Source: Patescibacteria group bacterium (GTDB lineage: Bacteria; Patescibacteriota; Microgenomatia; Levybacterales; GWA1-39-11). From it: a stretch of DNA of 57,649 nt. The DNA is taken from contig DASZRC010000038.1 in assembly GCA_035549315.1 (NCBI GenBank), forward strand, positions 1 through 57,649, written 5' to 3'. Shown here in pieces: positions 55,217 to 57,649 of this stretch. The number at the start of each line of letters is the position of its first letter. The first letter of the stretch is position 1. A program made the translations under genes and the position numbers. The notes below the pieces were generated by a model. It searched no databases. It had not been told where the DNA came from and was given only the letters and a program-made list of their open reading frames with translations.

Positions 55217-56983
55217 CTATTTTACGGTTACAGATTTTGCAAGGTTGCGTGGTTTGTCAGGGTCATTATTGCCTTTTGCTAAAGCCAAATAATATCCCAA
55301 TAGATGAGCTACGGTTACGTGAGGTAGTAGAGTTGCTTCTTCTATATCATCAGTCTCTAGGAAATCATCAAATACTTCATTATTTATTGGTCCAATACCT
55401 ATTATATGTCCACCTCTTGCTTTGATTTCTTGTGCATTGGACACTATTTCTTCATAAGTTTCATCGTTTGGTGCAAATACAATACACGGTGTCCCCTTTT
55501 CTATCAAAGCAATAACTCCATGTTTTAATTCTCCACCCGGAAAAGCTTCAGCGTGAATATAAGTGGCCTCTTTTATTTTTAAGGTAGCTTCTAAAGCGGC
55601 AGTGTAGGAAACACCCCTTCCAATAATATAAATATGCTCTTTATTCTTAAGTTTTTCAGCTACCTCTTTTACCATATCAATATATGTTTCACCCAAAATT
55701 TTTGCTACATTCTCAGCGGCTTTTGTTAATAAATCTTGACCTTTCTTTGCTTTGTCTGCTAGAGCGTAGGATGTAAGAAGAACTGCCGCGATCATAGCGC
55801 TAAAGCTTTTGGTTGCAACTACTGCCTTTTCTGGCCCGGTTTCAAGTAGAAAATTAAAATCGGAAAGTCTGTATAGGGTAGAACCTAATACGTTTACGAT
55901 CGAGGCAATTTTTGCGCCTTTCTCTTTTTTTGCCTTAGATGTTGGTTCAATTACATCAATTGATTCACCACTTTGTGAAATTGGAATCACAAGTGTTTGT
56001 GGGATTATAAAATCTTCTATATATTTAAATTCGGATCCTACAGCAAAATTGACATGTTTTTTTGCTACTTTTGAAAAAAGATATGTGGCAGCCGTTGCTG
56101 CGTAAGAAGCTGAACCACAGGCAATTAAGAATGTTCCGGTAGCCTCATCAATTAGATGTGCCAAAGTTTTTGCGCTTGATATTCCGTTTAATGCAATATT
56201 TCTTATGATCTTGGGCTCTTCGTGAATTTCTTTAATAAAGAAATGTTCATATTTACCAAGCTCGGCGTCTTCAAAAGTCCATTTTATTGTTTCAATTTTT
56301 GCTTTTACTTCTTTACCGCTATCTAACTTAAGCAATTTTAATTCTTTACCCAAGATGACCATATGATGGTCTTCTAAGAAAAGGACATCCTTGGTGTATT
56401 GTAAAATGCCGGCTGCATCTGAAGCTATAAAATATTCATCTTTTCCTACGCCAACAACAAGTGGTGAGCCATTTTTTGCAGCAATTACTTCAGAGGATGC
56501 GCTATTGACTACAACAATAGCATTCATACCGTGTAGGCTATTAAACGCATTTCTAACTGCTGTTGGAAAGTTCTCGGTTTTAAGATTCTCTTCTATAAGA
56601 TGTACGGCAACTTCCGTGTCAGTTTCTGATAAAAACTTGTGGCCCTTTTTGATAAGCTCGTTTCTTAATTCAAGAAAGTTTTCAATTATTCCATTGTGAA
56701 TAAGGGCAATTTGCTTTGTGCAATCAAGATGAGGATGAGCATTTTCATTGGTAACTCCACCGTGTGTTGCCCATCTTGTATGACCTATTCCTAGGTTACT
56801 ATTTGGTAAAATTGTGCTTGCTTGGCCAATTTTTCCAGTGTGTTTCTCGGTATCCAATTTATCACCTTTTTTAACAGCGATTCCCCACGAGTCATAGCCT
56901 CTATATTCTAGAGTCTTAAGACCTTTTAGGACTATATTAGCGGCATCATCACGATGCCCAACGTATGCAAATATTCCGCACAT
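55217..56983 (-). CDS. glmS: glutamine--fructose-6-phosphate aminotransferase
   Basis: 588 aa. N-terminal MCGIFAYVG (Ntn Cys), two SIS domains, C-terminal LAKSVTVK. Confidence 0.97.
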   Translation of the reverse strand: MCGIFAYVGHRDDAANIVLKGLKTLEYRGYDSWGIAVKKGDKLDTEKHTGKIGQASTILPNSNLGIGHTRWATHGGVTNENAHPHLDCTKQIALIHNGIIENFLELRNELIKKGHKFLSETDTEVAVHLIEENLKTENFPTAVRNAFNSLHGMNAIVVVNSASSEVIAAKNGSPLVVGVGKDEYFIASDAAGILQYTKDVLFLEDHHMVILGKELKLLKLDSGKEVKAKIETIKWTFEDAELGKYEHFFIKEIHEEPKIIRNIALNGISSAKTLAHLIDEATGTFLIACGSASYAATAATYLFSKVAKKHVNFAVGSEFKYIEDFIIPQTLVIPISQSGESIDVIEPTSKAKKEKGAKIASIVNVLGSTLYRLSDFNFLLETGPEKAVVATKSFSAMIAAVLLTSYALADKAKKGQDLLTKAAENVAKILGETYIDMVKEVAEKLKNKEHIYIIGRGVSYTAALEATLKIKEATYIHAEAFPGGELKHGVIALIEKGTPCIVFAPNDETYEEIVSNAQEIKARGGHIIGIGPINNEVFDDFLETDDIEEATLLPHVTVAHLLGYYLALAKGNNDPDKPRNLAKSVTVK

Positions 56984-57129
56984 AAGTATTAAGAATCAAT
57001 TACCAAGCATCAATTTTCAAACCAATTAAGTAATGTTTAATTAAATAATTCTTAATTTTAGTTTGGTTTGATTAATTGGAATTTGGTTAATTAATCAGGT
57101 AGTTCTTGAAGAAATAAAGTGGAAATTGT

Positions 57130-57318
57130 TATTAATTCCTCTAGTTTTGTATTATTACAAAGTTTAAGAATTAAATTATGGTTGACAATACAACCAGAGG
57201 GTTTCCGCAGATGCTCTAGGTGGTTGACCTAGGTTCGATTGGCACTTTCATTAACTGAATGTACCCCCTCTTCCTCGTATTCCCGAATGAAAACTATCAT
57301 CGGGACCACGCGCTATAT
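57130..57318 (-). ncRNA. glmS ribozyme: probable glmS ribozyme in the glmS 5' leader
   Basis: The minus strand reads A|GCGCG (57314/57313). P1 hairpin is CCCGAUGA-UAGUUU-UCAUUCGGG, followed by AAUACGAGGAAGAGGGGGU. Then come AUCGAA, the hairpin CUAGGU-CAACC-ACCUAG, and CUGCGGAAACCCUC (pairs with GAGGG). A P3-like hairpin GGUUG-UAUUGU-CAACC and a long P4-like hairpin (57134-57172) follow. Order and sequences resemble the consensus AGCGCC...GACGAGG...AUCGAA...GGCGGAUGCC. Confidence 0.6.
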
Positions 57319-57439
57319 CAAATATGATTCCACTTTTTCAAAGAACAGCCTATATTTTATCAACAGTTATCTTGTTTTGCAAATCAGTGCCTGGTTTGCT
57401 TCCTAAAGTTGCCTAAATAGAGTAAAATAAGTACTGCCC

Positions 57440-57649
57440 ATGAAATACTTACTTGCCCTATTTATCCTTGTCTCTTTTCTTTTTTTAATTCCTAAACATG
57501 TGGATGCTAGTTATGATCCCACAAGTAAACCAAATAATATTTTTGGTATCCATATTCTGTTTCCAACAGAGCTCGACAAAGCGGCCAAGCTAGTAAATAC
57601 AAATGGTGGAGATTGGGGATATGTAACAATTCCAATCCAGTATGGAGAT
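57440..57649 (+). CDS. secreted protein, 3'-truncated by the window edge
   Basis: ATG 57440, open to the window end. MKYLLALFILVSFLFLIPKHVDA|SYDP looks like a signal peptide. Confidence 0.5.
   Translation, partial: MKYLLALFILVSFLFLIPKHVDASYDPTSKPNNIFGIHILFPTELDKAAKLVNTNGGDWGYVTIPIQYGD

Noticed and set aside
56984-57129. Repeated AATTAA/GGTT(T)GATTAATT strings in the glmS leader as a separate regulatory repeat or mobile-element end
   Set aside because: This is a very AT-rich spacer in which such short repeats are expected by chance. It lies between the ribozyme-like core and the glmS start and needs no extra explanation.

Overview
AT-rich bacterial chromosome segment, standard genetic code (TGA is used as a stop). 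Its gene content and style suggest a small-genome Patescibacteria/CPR (Microgenomates-like) organism; that placement is inference. Four blocks. (1) nt 1-18.2 kb is a surface-glycosylation island: GT2 and GT4 glycosyltransferases, a Wzx-like flippase, an O-antigen-ligase-like protein and seven large polytopic ArnT/PMT-like (GT-C-like) membrane proteins, two of them GT2-GT-C fusions. (2) nt 18.2-41.6 kb is mostly minus-strand housekeeping. From 18.2 to 33.9 kb it is unbroken: complete F1Fo ATP synthase operon, dnaE, a GGDEF cyclase, and gatC/gatA/gatB interrupted by three extra genes. Beyond one plus-strand orphan come asparaginase, murT-gatD, htpX, lemA and polX. (3) nt 41.6-50.5 kb holds four tRNA genes, pyrG, rplS and small stress-like proteins. 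Two ~340-350 bp GIY-YIG mini-cassettes sit here, each abutting a tRNA gene and bracketed by an exact duplication of part of that tRNA. (4) nt 50.5-57.6 kb holds two orphan proteins, each followed by a ~123-nt repeat containing a conserved 46-codon ORF, then greA, dus, and glmS preceded by a probable glmS ribozyme. Many genes have sigma70-like promoters only 6-11 nt from the start codon, which suggests leaderless mRNAs. No rRNA, CRISPR array, transposase, integrase or prophage genes were seen. Functions come from motif recognition by eye; no searches were run.
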